Source: Thermoclostridium sp.
Lineage (GTDB): Bacteria > Bacillota > Clostridia > DSM-8532
Length of the DNA stretch: 64,000 bases
Direction: 5' to 3'
Assembly (NCBI GenBank): GCA_017995215.1
Contig: JAGOJH010000001.1
Location: 143-64,142, forward strand
Part shown: positions 17,969-25,862 of the stretch, piece after piece
How positions within the stretch are numbered: position 1 is the first letter of the stretch
Layout: every line of letters begins with the position of its first letter
Made by a program: the position numbers and the translations under genes
The notes under the pieces: generated by a model
The model's database searches: none
Seen by the model: only the letters and a program-made list of their open reading frames with translations
What the model was told of the DNA's origin: nothing

Positions 17969-19552
17969 ATGAAGCGATTGTTCAGATGGGTGCGAAATAT
18001 CACAAAGCATAAGCAAATCATCAATATTGCTGTTTTTGCGCTCTGCCTGATTTTGGGTGGTATGATGAATTTGTTTTCAAAGGATCAGACTGTATCCGAG
18101 CAGGAAAACAGGTTGCTGGCGCAGATGCCAAAGTTTCGGCGGGAATCGTTTTTAAGCGGGGAATATTTCACCTCAGTTGAGAACTACTTTGCCGATCAGT
18201 TTTTCGCAAGGGATTTTTTTGCCGGCATTAGTAACGATGTCCAGTCCCTGATGGGGTTCCCAGGGGCACAGGAGGTTCAACTGGTTGCTTCCGATGGGTT
18301 TAATTCATTTGAAGAGCATGTTGCCATTGAGCCGGTTGAATCGACTCTTGAAGCAATTGTTAACCCAGGTGCGGCAGCACCCAGTAATCAGGGTACGTCC
18401 GATAATCCTATCGAATCAGCAGACGACAAACCAGGTGTGGCAACTATAGATAACTCGCCTGCATCATTGCCCGCTCAAACAGATGTGGCAGTACAGGTCA
18501 ATCCGACCGAACCGTCTCCCGCGCAGCCGAACGAGACTGTGTTGGGTAGTTCCACTGCAACAAAGCCCACGCAACCAGGCACAGCAGTACCGGACAGTTC
18601 AACTGATTCATCCCCTGTTCAGCCTGAAACCACTCCTTCACCGACAAGCAAACCAGCACGGGATGATCATGGAAAAACCATCGGAAAGGTCTTGATCTAT
18701 AAGGATGCGGCATATGCGCTGTTTCCGTTCAGCCAGGATTCGGCCAATTACTATGTAAAAACCCTCAACCAGTTCCAGCAGCAGGCAGGAGACGGAGTGA
18801 AGGTTTATTCCATGCTTGCACCAACCAGTATGGAGTTTCTGAAGGAAGATAAATTCCAGGAGCTGACCGATTCACAAAAGGACACGATAGAATATGTGAA
18901 TGCAAGGCTGAAGGGGGTTGTTCCCGTTGATGCCTACACCTCAATAAATGAGCACAGCGACGAATATGTCTATTTCAGAACCGACCATCATTGGACTGCA
19001 TTAGGGGCTTACTATGCCTATACCGGCTTCGTGCAGGCTGCCGGGCTGGAGCCCGTCCCCCTAACCAGGTATGAGACTGATGTCATTGAAGGCTATATAG
19101 GCTCCATGTATGAGACCACCGGCAGCAGCAACCTGAAACGCAACCCCGATACCATCACTGTATATAAACCCTTCATAAAGAATGAATATAATATTTATTA
19201 CGGCTCGGCGATTAAAATGAAGGTTATTGACATGTCCCATGCCGATAAAAAGATCAAATACCGCGTTTTTTTAAGCGGTGACAGGCCTCTGGGAATCATA
19301 AAAACCGATGTGGCCAACGGAAAGAAAATCCTGGTCATCAAGGATTCCTATGGCAATGCAATGGTTCCTTTCCTGCTGCCGCATTATGAAGAAATATACA
19401 TTGTTGATCCAAGGCAATACGAGAAGAATATTTTCAGCCTGATTCAGAATAACAGTATCCAGGAGGTACTTTTCCTGAATTATGTTCCCATTTTAAGCTA
19501 CTACGGATACATCGATCTGATCGTAAAGGTGATGGAAGCAGAAGTGAAATAA
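17969..19552 (+). CDS. DHHW-family protein (usual partner of MBOAT acyltransferases) with a Pro/Ser/Thr-rich linker
   Basis: MKRLFRWVRNITKHK... has a signal anchor, and the eponymous motif ..FRTDHHWTALGAYYAY.. is present. The ATG at 17969 lies 4 nt after the MBOAT stop, so the two genes are translationally coupled. The ORF-track start at 17783 overlaps MBOAT. Confidence 0.8.
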   Translation: MKRLFRWVRNITKHKQIINIAVFALCLILGGMMNLFSKDQTVSEQENRLLAQMPKFRRESFLSGEYFTSVENYFADQFFARDFFAGISNDVQSLMGFPGAQEVQLVASDGFNSFEEHVAIEPVESTLEAIVNPGAAAPSNQGTSDNPIESADDKPGVATIDNSPASLPAQTDVAVQVNPTEPSPAQPNETVLGSSTATKPTQPGTAVPDSSTDSSPVQPETTPSPTSKPARDDHGKTIGKVLIYKDAAYALFPFSQDSANYYVKTLNQFQQQAGDGVKVYSMLAPTSMEFLKEDKFQELTDSQKDTIEYVNARLKGVVPVDAYTSINEHSDEYVYFRTDHHWTALGAYYAYTGFVQAAGLEPVPLTRYETDVIEGYIGSMYETTGSSNLKRNPDTITVYKPFIKNEYNIYYGSAIKMKVIDMSHADKKIKYRVFLSGDRPLGIIKTDVANGKKILVIKDSYGNAMVPFLLPHYEEIYIVDPRQYEKNIFSLIQNNSIQEVLFLNYVPILSYYGYIDLIVKVMEAEVK

Positions 19553-19622
19553 AACAGGATGACATCGCTGAGCTCCCCTGAACAGTAACTGCGTGAAGGG
19601 GCATATCCACTTTTAAAAAAAG

Positions 19623-19651
19623 TTTGACGTCATATCGGCAATATGATAAAA
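19623..19651 (+). promoter_or_regulatory. Sigma-A-type promoter (TTGACG-17-TAAAAT) feeding the riboswitch and citrate synthase transcript
   Basis: ttgacg tcatatcggcaatatga taaaat. Confidence 0.5.
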
Positions 19652-19734
19652 TTACACTAATCCAAATCTTTAGCAGGATTTTATTTCCAGTTAGACATCA
19701 TCAAAGGGAATAATTCCGCTAAAGTGAATAGAAT

Positions 19735-19895
19735 AAGCCGAGTTCATTTATATGAAGCGGGGGACCCAACCACGGGGCGAATTCCATCAGGATAGGATAA
19801 CTCTTTCAATCCGAGCCCGTCAGCTAACCTCGTAGGCTGTGAAAGAGGAGTATAGTGCCTTTAACCATGGATATACTCCATGGTTTTTTTGTTCC
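19735..19895 (+). ncRNA. c-di-AMP riboswitch (ydaO/kimA class) with an intrinsic terminator
   Basis: GCGGGGGACCCA..CACGGGGCGAAUUCC...GAUAGGAUAACUCUUUCAAUCCGAGCCCGUCAGCUAACCUCGUAGGC is collinear with the B. subtilis ydaO element (GGGGGAACCACAUGGGGGUGAAUC ... CCCGAACCCGGCAGCUAACCUCGUAAGCG). The terminator is CCATGGATATACTCCATGG + TTTTTTT (19866-19892). Confidence 0.75.
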
Positions 19896-20046
19896 ATTTT
19901 TAAAGCACTCATTTTTTTCTTTCACAAATAATATTACAGGTTTATTGCCTTTTTAGTTTAACAAAAGGCACTTGGTGGCGCATAAACGAAAGCAGGAAAC
20001 CACTGCAAAGAGGTTACCATTTTTTTGGGGGAGAGGAGCTATAAAC

Positions 20047-21441
20047 ATGAACGTAAAAAAAAGAAAAAACAATTTACTGATCAATGAATATGCAATGATG
20101 GCGGAGGAATGCAGCAAAATAGATCCCGAGCTTTACACCAAATATGAAGTGAAAAAAGGGCTTCGTGACATCAATGGAAAGGGTGTTCTGGCCGGACTTA
20201 CAGAAATCGGAGAAGTTAGTGCTACCAGCTTTGAAGGGGGAGAAGCAGTTCCTGCACCAGGGCGGCTGATATACCGAGGAATGGATATCCATGACATTGT
20301 AAACGGGTTTATCAGTGAGAAAAGATACGGCTTTGAAGAAACCGCGTATTTGCTGATGTTTGGAAAGCTGCCCAACCATTCCGAATTAAAAGCTTTTGAA
20401 GGGCTGCTCACTGAATTCAGATGCCTTCCCCGAACCTTTGTTGAAGATGCGGTAATGAAGCTTCCAAGCAATGATGTCATGAACCTTCTGTCCAGAAGCG
20501 TGCTGAGCTTATATTGCTATGACAACCATGCAGATGATGTTTCCATTGAAAATGTTGTGCGGCAATGCCTGCAGCTTATCGCACAGCTGCCCTCGCTGGC
20601 TGTATACGGGTATCAGGTCTTAACCCATTATTATCAGCAAAAAAGCCTGGTCATTCACGCGACGAAGCCTGAATACAGCACTGCTGAGAACATCCTGCAT
20701 CTGCTCAGGCCCGATTCAAAATTTACCCGGCTGGAAGCCATTTTACTGGACCTGGCTTTGGTGCTTCATGCAGAGCATGGTGGAGGAAACAACTCCACAT
20801 TTGCCAACCATGTGATCACCTCTACCGGTACAGACACCTATTCAGCCATGGCATCTTCATTATGTGCGCTGAAGGGTCCGCGCCACGGCGGCGCCAATGT
20901 GAAGGTGGTCCAGATGTTTGAAGACATGAAGCGGGAAGTGAAGGACTGGGAAAGCGATACACAAATTCGTGATTACCTTGCCAAGATTATAAACAAGGAA
21001 GCCTTTGACAGGGCAGGCCTGATTTATGGGGTAGGCCACGCAGTATATTCCATTTCCGATCCCCGTGCGATTATTTTCAGGGGGTATGCGAAAGAGCTGG
21101 CCCAGGAAAAGGGCTTTGAACATGAATTTAACCTATATGAGCGGGTGGAGAGGCTTGCGCCCCAGGTTATCGCAGAACGAAGGAAAATGTACAAGGGCGT
21201 CAGCATCAATGTAGACTTCTATTCCGGCCTTGTTTACAGGATGCTGAACATTCCGGAAGAGCTATTTACGCCTTTGTTTGCCATCTCCAGAATTGTGGGC
21301 TGGAGTGCACACCGCATCGAGGAACTGGTGAACAATGGAAAAATCATCCGCCCCGCATACAAAAGTATTGCCCCGCGTCGGGAATATGTTCCGTTATGCC
21401 ATAGGCCGGAACAGGTTGCAAGCACTTCATCTGCATCCTGA
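20047..21441 (+). CDS. Citrate synthase (citrate/2-methylcitrate synthase family)
   Basis: ...LHAEHGGGNNSTFANHV..., ..GPRHGGAN.., and ..GVGHAVYSISDPRA.. are citrate synthase signatures. The start was set to the ATG at 20047 (GGAGAGGAG RBS, 8 nt). The ORF-track extension to 19972 has no RBS. Confidence 0.9.
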   Translation: MNVKKRKNNLLINEYAMMAEECSKIDPELYTKYEVKKGLRDINGKGVLAGLTEIGEVSATSFEGGEAVPAPGRLIYRGMDIHDIVNGFISEKRYGFEETAYLLMFGKLPNHSELKAFEGLLTEFRCLPRTFVEDAVMKLPSNDVMNLLSRSVLSLYCYDNHADDVSIENVVRQCLQLIAQLPSLAVYGYQVLTHYYQQKSLVIHATKPEYSTAENILHLLRPDSKFTRLEAILLDLALVLHAEHGGGNNSTFANHVITSTGTDTYSAMASSLCALKGPRHGGANVKVVQMFEDMKREVKDWESDTQIRDYLAKIINKEAFDRAGLIYGVGHAVYSISDPRAIIFRGYAKELAQEKGFEHEFNLYERVERLAPQVIAERRKMYKGVSINVDFYSGLVYRMLNIPEELFTPLFAISRIVGWSAHRIEELVNNGKIIRPAYKSIAPRREYVPLCHRPEQVASTSSAS

Positions 21442-21686
21442 GTGATCTAATTGTGGCGGCTGGATGCTAAATGTCTAAAACAGTGTGAAAGGCATATTTC
21501 ACAATGGATGAGTTCCAAAATAACAGGACGGCAGGGGTTTACCCTGCCGTTTCAGCTTAAATATTCACTTGACGCATTCACTCCCGAGGGTTACCATAGA
21601 TTATGCCAACAAAAACATATCCATTTAATTCCATATCTTATCTCGTCAAAAAGGAAATCCAGTGATAGAAAGGAAACGGAGAGATT

Positions 21687-21854
21687 ATGATTTCGTCGTT
21701 AAAGGATCTTCAGTGGAAGGACTATCCTCAATTTGGCAGTAAAGCAGCTAACCTTGGTGAACTAATCAATATAGGAATGGATGTCCCAGAGGGTTTTGCG
21801 CTGTCTTTCGAATTTTTCGAAGATTACCATTATTCCAAAGTAAATTTGAGATAA
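21687..21854 (+). pseudogene. 55-aa remnant of the N-terminus of a PEP-utilising enzyme (PEP synthase/pyruvate,water dikinase-like)
   Basis: MISSLKDLQWKDYPQFGSKAANLGELINIGMDVPEGFALSFEFFEDYHYSKVNLR* matches the conserved ..VGGKAANLGEL...G..VP.GF... opening of PEP-utilising enzymes. It stops after 55 codons. A GGAGAG RBS is present. Confidence 0.4.
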
Positions 21855-21952
21855 AACATATTTATTTCAAATCCTTTTTCGCAGCAACGTGTGTATTGGG
21901 TGTAATCCTGTACAGGGGGGCTTTTTGAATACCAATCAGATACATAATTTTG

Positions 21953-21980
21953 TTGAACCCTTCAGCCAATATTGTATAAT
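21953..21980 (+). promoter_or_regulatory. Promoter with an extended -10 (TTGAAC-16-TGTATAAT) for the patatin gene
   Basis: ttgaac ccttcagccaatat tgtataat. Confidence 0.5.
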
Positions 21981-22031
21981 ATAACTATCGAACCAAAATT
22001 GACGGGATTGACCATATGCGGGGTGTTGAAC

Positions 22032-23210
22032 TTGGAACAAAGCTATTGTCTGATACTTGCCGGCGGCGGCACGAGGGGAGCCTATCAGGTTGGTGCCTGG
22101 AAAGCCCTTCGGGAATTGGGGATTACCATATCTGCCGTGGCGGGAACCTCCATCGGGGCTATTAATGCAGCTTTCGTTGTTCAGGGGGAAGCTGAAAGAA
22201 TGGAACGGCTTTATGATGACATTGAACTTGGAGACGTCATTGAAACAAATGCAGAAATTGTACAAAATAAAAATCTTTTTAATATTGAGAATATCCTTCG
22301 GGTTGCCCGGGATTTCATCAAACAAAAGGGTTTCGATAACGAGCCGCTTAAAAAATTACTGGAGCAGAACCTGGATGTCCATAAAATTTACGATTCCCCT
22401 GTCGACTTTGGGATGGTCACCTATTCGATAAAAAACAACAAGCCCATGGAGATCTTCAGGGAAGACATCCCAGAAGAGGAGTTTATCAATTATCTGCTTG
22501 CATCTGCCTGTTTTCCCATTTACAAAGCACAGAAGATCGGAGATAACACATTTCTGGATGGTGGCCTGTACGACAATATGCCCATCAATTTGATGATTAA
22601 AAAGGGCTACAAACGGTTTATTGTCATCGAACTTCCGGGGCGGAACGTAAGAAAAAGCCTCATCAGCAAAGATGTCAGCATCAAACTGATACGACCGGAT
22701 GAACCCCTGGGAGGAGTTTTTGAATTTAACCGGGACAGAATTAAAAAGAACACAAAGCTGGGGTACCTAGATACACTGCGTGCATTCTGTGCTTTGCAAG
22801 GCCACAGGTATTATTTCAGAACACAGGATTTCGCAGGGCTGCTGTCTCGCTTCACGCTACAAACCATTGAGGGTCTGGAATTTGCAGCACGTGTTTACAA
22901 TATGGACCGGTATCAAATTTATGAAACCGACCGTTTTCTCACAGAACTTTTGCAAAAGCATCGGAAGGCAGAAGAGCAATATCAGGCAGTTAAAAATATG
23001 GTGGGAATCACTACGATGATCAAGGAATATACAAAATTAAAAAGCCTTCTCAGTGATGATTTGATTATATGCTTTTTCACTGAGAAACTCGCGGAGGAAC
23101 CATATTTCAACGGTATGGGAGAAAACATGCCACTTTCGGATTACATTGCAGCAGCAAGGTCTATTATAGAGATTTCGGCTGTCGAGACGGAGGAAAATAA
23201 TCTTACATAA
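22032..23210 (+). CDS. Patatin-like phospholipase
   Basis: ..LILAGGGTRGAYQVGAWKAL.. is the oxyanion GGGxRG motif, and ..VAGTSIGAINAA is the GxSxG nucleophile motif. An Asp-containing region lies downstream. The start was tentatively set to the TTG at 22032 (GGGTG RBS). The ORF-track TTG at 21972 lies inside the promoter -10 box. Confidence 0.8.
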   Translation: MEQSYCLILAGGGTRGAYQVGAWKALRELGITISAVAGTSIGAINAAFVVQGEAERMERLYDDIELGDVIETNAEIVQNKNLFNIENILRVARDFIKQKGFDNEPLKKLLEQNLDVHKIYDSPVDFGMVTYSIKNNKPMEIFREDIPEEEFINYLLASACFPIYKAQKIGDNTFLDGGLYDNMPINLMIKKGYKRFIVIELPGRNVRKSLISKDVSIKLIRPDEPLGGVFEFNRDRIKKNTKLGYLDTLRAFCALQGHRYYFRTQDFAGLLSRFTLQTIEGLEFAARVYNMDRYQIYETDRFLTELLQKHRKAEEQYQAVKNMVGITTMIKEYTKLKSLLSDDLIICFFTEKLAEEPYFNGMGENMPLSDYIAAARSIIEISAVETEENNLT

Positions 23211-23364
23211 AGAACCAGCCCCCAGGGCGAATGCCCACTGGAACTCAACCTGCAATCGACTCGTGAAATATGTGTTCACCTGATAAAAAATCAGGTATGG
23301 ATTCATCTTTGTTTATTACAGAGAAGAGCATAAGTAAAAGCCATTTTTATCGAGGAGGTTCAAT

Positions 23365-24156
23365 ATGGAGAACCAGTTTAAAAACCAAGAAAGAACCGGT
23401 GTGCGGGTCAGTCTTGCTATCATGATTTTTGGAGCAGCAGTCATTGTTTTACCTTTTCTGGGCAGGCTGGATATGTTTCAGTATGGGTACGGCATGATCT
23501 TCATCGGCGGGTTTTTTGCTCTGATGGGCTTGATAAGTTACCTGATCTTCCGCAAGCGCGCTCTTGTAATGCAGAAAATCCTCACCGGGAATATTATCGC
23601 CCGTTGGCAGTATGACCCCGCCAAATGGGCTGAGATGGTGAATGAGGAAGTATCAGATACGGCAGGCCTGAAAATCATGGGCATATCTGTAGGAAGTCTG
23701 TTTCTGGTCATAGGTGTTATTTTCATGCTGTTTGTCCGTGAGGATAATACAGTTTTTCTGGGCATTATGATGGCCTTTGCCGTTCTATTCTATTGCATTG
23801 GTTTTCTTTCTTACTCGGTTCATAAAAAAAGATTACTGAAAGCCCCCGCTGAAGCCATTATTGCCCGTGACGGTGTTTACTACATGGGTACGCTCACCGA
23901 TTGGAACGGGGTGACTTCTATTTTGGAAGCAGTTGGTTTTCACCCGAAGAAAACAGACCTGCTGGTATTCAGCTACCGTCAGCTTTCAGGCACAAGAATT
24001 CCCCGAATGAGACGCTCCACTCTTTGCATCCCCATACCGTCGGGGATGGAGGCCGACGCAGGCGCAGTGGTTGATTTCTTCAGCAAACCCTTCAATAAAG
24101 ATCTATATCAGGAAATGAACCAGGATGAAGGGGAGCAGGCGGATGTTAAAAAGTAA
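23365..24156 (+). CDS. Hypothetical polytopic membrane protein
   Basis: 263 aa with 4-5 hydrophobic helices. A GAGGAGG RBS is present. I recognise no family. Confidence 0.55.
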   Translation: MENQFKNQERTGVRVSLAIMIFGAAVIVLPFLGRLDMFQYGYGMIFIGGFFALMGLISYLIFRKRALVMQKILTGNIIARWQYDPAKWAEMVNEEVSDTAGLKIMGISVGSLFLVIGVIFMLFVREDNTVFLGIMMAFAVLFYCIGFLSYSVHKKRLLKAPAEAIIARDGVYYMGTLTDWNGVTSILEAVGFHPKKTDLLVFSYRQLSGTRIPRMRRSTLCIPIPSGMEADAGAVVDFFSKPFNKDLYQEMNQDEGEQADVKK

Positions 24157-24193
24157 AAACCCCCGGAAATCAGGTTTCCGAGGTTTTGCTTTC

Positions 24194-25501
24194 TTACTCC
24201 CACTCAATCGTGGCACAGGGCTTGGGGCTTAAGTCATAACAGACACGGTTCACATTCGGGACTTCCGCAAGAATTCTGTCGGTAATCCTTAAAAGTACGG
24301 GCCACTCTATCTGCTCGATGGTTGCTGTCATCGCATCTATAGTGTTGACCGCCCGGATAATGACCGGGTACTCATAACATCTCTCATCGTTTTTCACACC
24401 CACCGACTTGAAATCCGGAATGATGGTGAAGTATTGCCAAACCTTTTTGTCCAGGCCGGCATTATGAAATTCCTGGCGCAGAATGGCATCGGATTCCCTC
24501 AGGGATTCCAGCCGCCCCCTTGTAATAGCGCCCAGACAGCGCACCCCCAGACCAGGCCCCGGGAACGGTTGCCTGTAAACCATGGATTCGGGCAGGCCAA
24601 GCTCCAGCCCGCATGCCCTAACCTCGTCCTTAAACAGATAATAAAGCGGTTCAACGAGGGAGAACTGCAAATCATCAGGCAAACCCCCGACATTATGGTG
24701 CGATTTTACCATCTTGGCTGTTTTGGTTCCGCTTTCAACGATATCCGGGTAAATGGTTCCCTGGGCTAAAAAGCTGATTCCATCAAGCTTGCGGGCTTCT
24801 TCCTCAAATACGCGTATAAACTCGCTGCCGATGATTTTTCTTTTTTGTTCAGGGTCGGCTACATTTTCAAGCTTTGTCAGGAAACGTTCAGAGGCATCTA
24901 CATAAACCAAATTGGCATCCAATTGTTCCTTAAAAACCTGGATTACCTGCTCGGATTCACCTTTGCGCATCAGGCCGTGATTCACATGCACGCATACCAG
25001 CTGTTTGCCGATTGCCCTGATCAACATTGCAGCGACAACAGAACTGTCAACACCGCCGGATAATGCGAGCAAAACCTTTTTATCGCCAATCTGCTTTCTG
25101 ATCAGTTCAACCTGATCTTCCACGAAATTCTTCATGTTCCAGTTTGGTTCGGCCTTACAGGTTGAAAACAGGAATGATTGCAGGGTGCTTTTCAGTTCAT
25201 TTTCTTTTTCAGGCCAGCTTTCAAGCCTGTTTTCACACAAAGCTGCATCGTGGCTTACTGACAGGAGAGGGTAACCTGCATCATACAGCTCAGGATGAAC
25301 GTCAATCTTAACCCCGTCAACGAAATTATTTTCTCCGCCGTTCAGAATTATCCCCTTCACATTTGGAAGCTGGTGCAGTTTCTGCACGGTGATGTCATGG
25401 GGGTGAATTTCACTGTATACTCCAAGAGCGCGTACTGCCCTGGCAATGGCGGTATTCATGCGACTACCGAGATCTATAATGACAATCATATCCTGTTTCA
25501 T
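24194..25501 (-). CDS. GMP-synthase-like protein. The ATP-pyrophosphatase and C-terminal dimerisation domains are intact. The N-terminal class I GATase domain is truncated and degenerate, with no catalytic Cys/His.
   Basis: The C-terminal two thirds are collinear with GuaA (..VLLALSGGVDSSV.. P-loop; ..KSHHNVGGLP..; ..YDLSPKPCATIEWE end). The N-terminus (..IVIIDLGSRMNTAIARAVRALGVYSEI...GIILNGGENN...AGYPLLSVSHDAALCEN) aligns with the GuaA GATase but is about 60 aa shorter. The G-x-C-x-G nucleophile elbow is replaced by SVSHD. Confidence 0.75.
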   Translation of the reverse strand: MKQDMIVIIDLGSRMNTAIARAVRALGVYSEIHPHDITVQKLHQLPNVKGIILNGGENNFVDGVKIDVHPELYDAGYPLLSVSHDAALCENRLESWPEKENELKSTLQSFLFSTCKAEPNWNMKNFVEDQVELIRKQIGDKKVLLALSGGVDSSVVAAMLIRAIGKQLVCVHVNHGLMRKGESEQVIQVFKEQLDANLVYVDASERFLTKLENVADPEQKRKIIGSEFIRVFEEEARKLDGISFLAQGTIYPDIVESGTKTAKMVKSHHNVGGLPDDLQFSLVEPLYYLFKDEVRACGLELGLPESMVYRQPFPGPGLGVRCLGAITRGRLESLRESDAILRQEFHNAGLDKKVWQYFTIIPDFKSVGVKNDERCYEYPVIIRAVNTIDAMTATIEQIEWPVLLRITDRILAEVPNVNRVCYDLSPKPCATIEWE

Positions 25502-25724
25502 AAATCCCTCCGAAATATTTTTCTTTCGATTATAACACTAATCTATTGCTACGGAAAGTTATATTTGTGTTCCCTCTGGCTTGTTGCGTAAAATCAATCA
25601 ATTAGTCCTTTTATACCAAAAAATAACTTGAACGCTTGCAGATAAAATGATAAAATATTCGCCATAGAGAGAATTCAGTTTGATGTCTACTGGTTGTAAC
25701 CATTTCTGGTTTGTCCGTATACAT

Positions 25725-25860
25725 CATATTAAAGGCTGAATATTGGAGAAACCAGTAACGGAGGAACCATTTCCGGGGCGAATCTGCTGTTTTTACACGG
25801 CACGTAGGGTTTCCTGCTACCCAAGCCCGTCAGCTAACTCCGTAAGCCTAACAGGGGGTA
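25725..25860 (+). ncRNA. c-di-AMP riboswitch (ydaO/kimA class), second copy, ending at the RBS of the downstream NlpC/P60 gene
   Basis: ..GGAGGAACCAUUUCCGGGGCGAAUC...GCACGUAGGGUUUCCUGCUACCCAAGCCCGUCAGCUAACUCCGUAAGCC has the same conserved cores as the copy at 19.7 kb. The RBS GGGGG and ATG 25863 follow immediately. Confidence 0.75.
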
Positions 25861-25862
25861 AA

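Noticed and set aside
21451-21690. 79-aa ORF downstream of citrate synthase
   Set aside because: It spans a terminator-like hairpin (21527-21553) and a promoter-like region. It has no RBS, and its C-terminus overlaps the better-supported PEP-utilising-enzyme remnant.
25743-25862. ORF-track 5' extension of the NlpC/P60 gene (MEKPVTEEPFPGRICCFYTARRVSCYPSPSANSVSLTGGK)
   Set aside because: This stretch is the c-di-AMP riboswitch aptamer. The true start is the ATG at 25863 with a GGGGG RBS.
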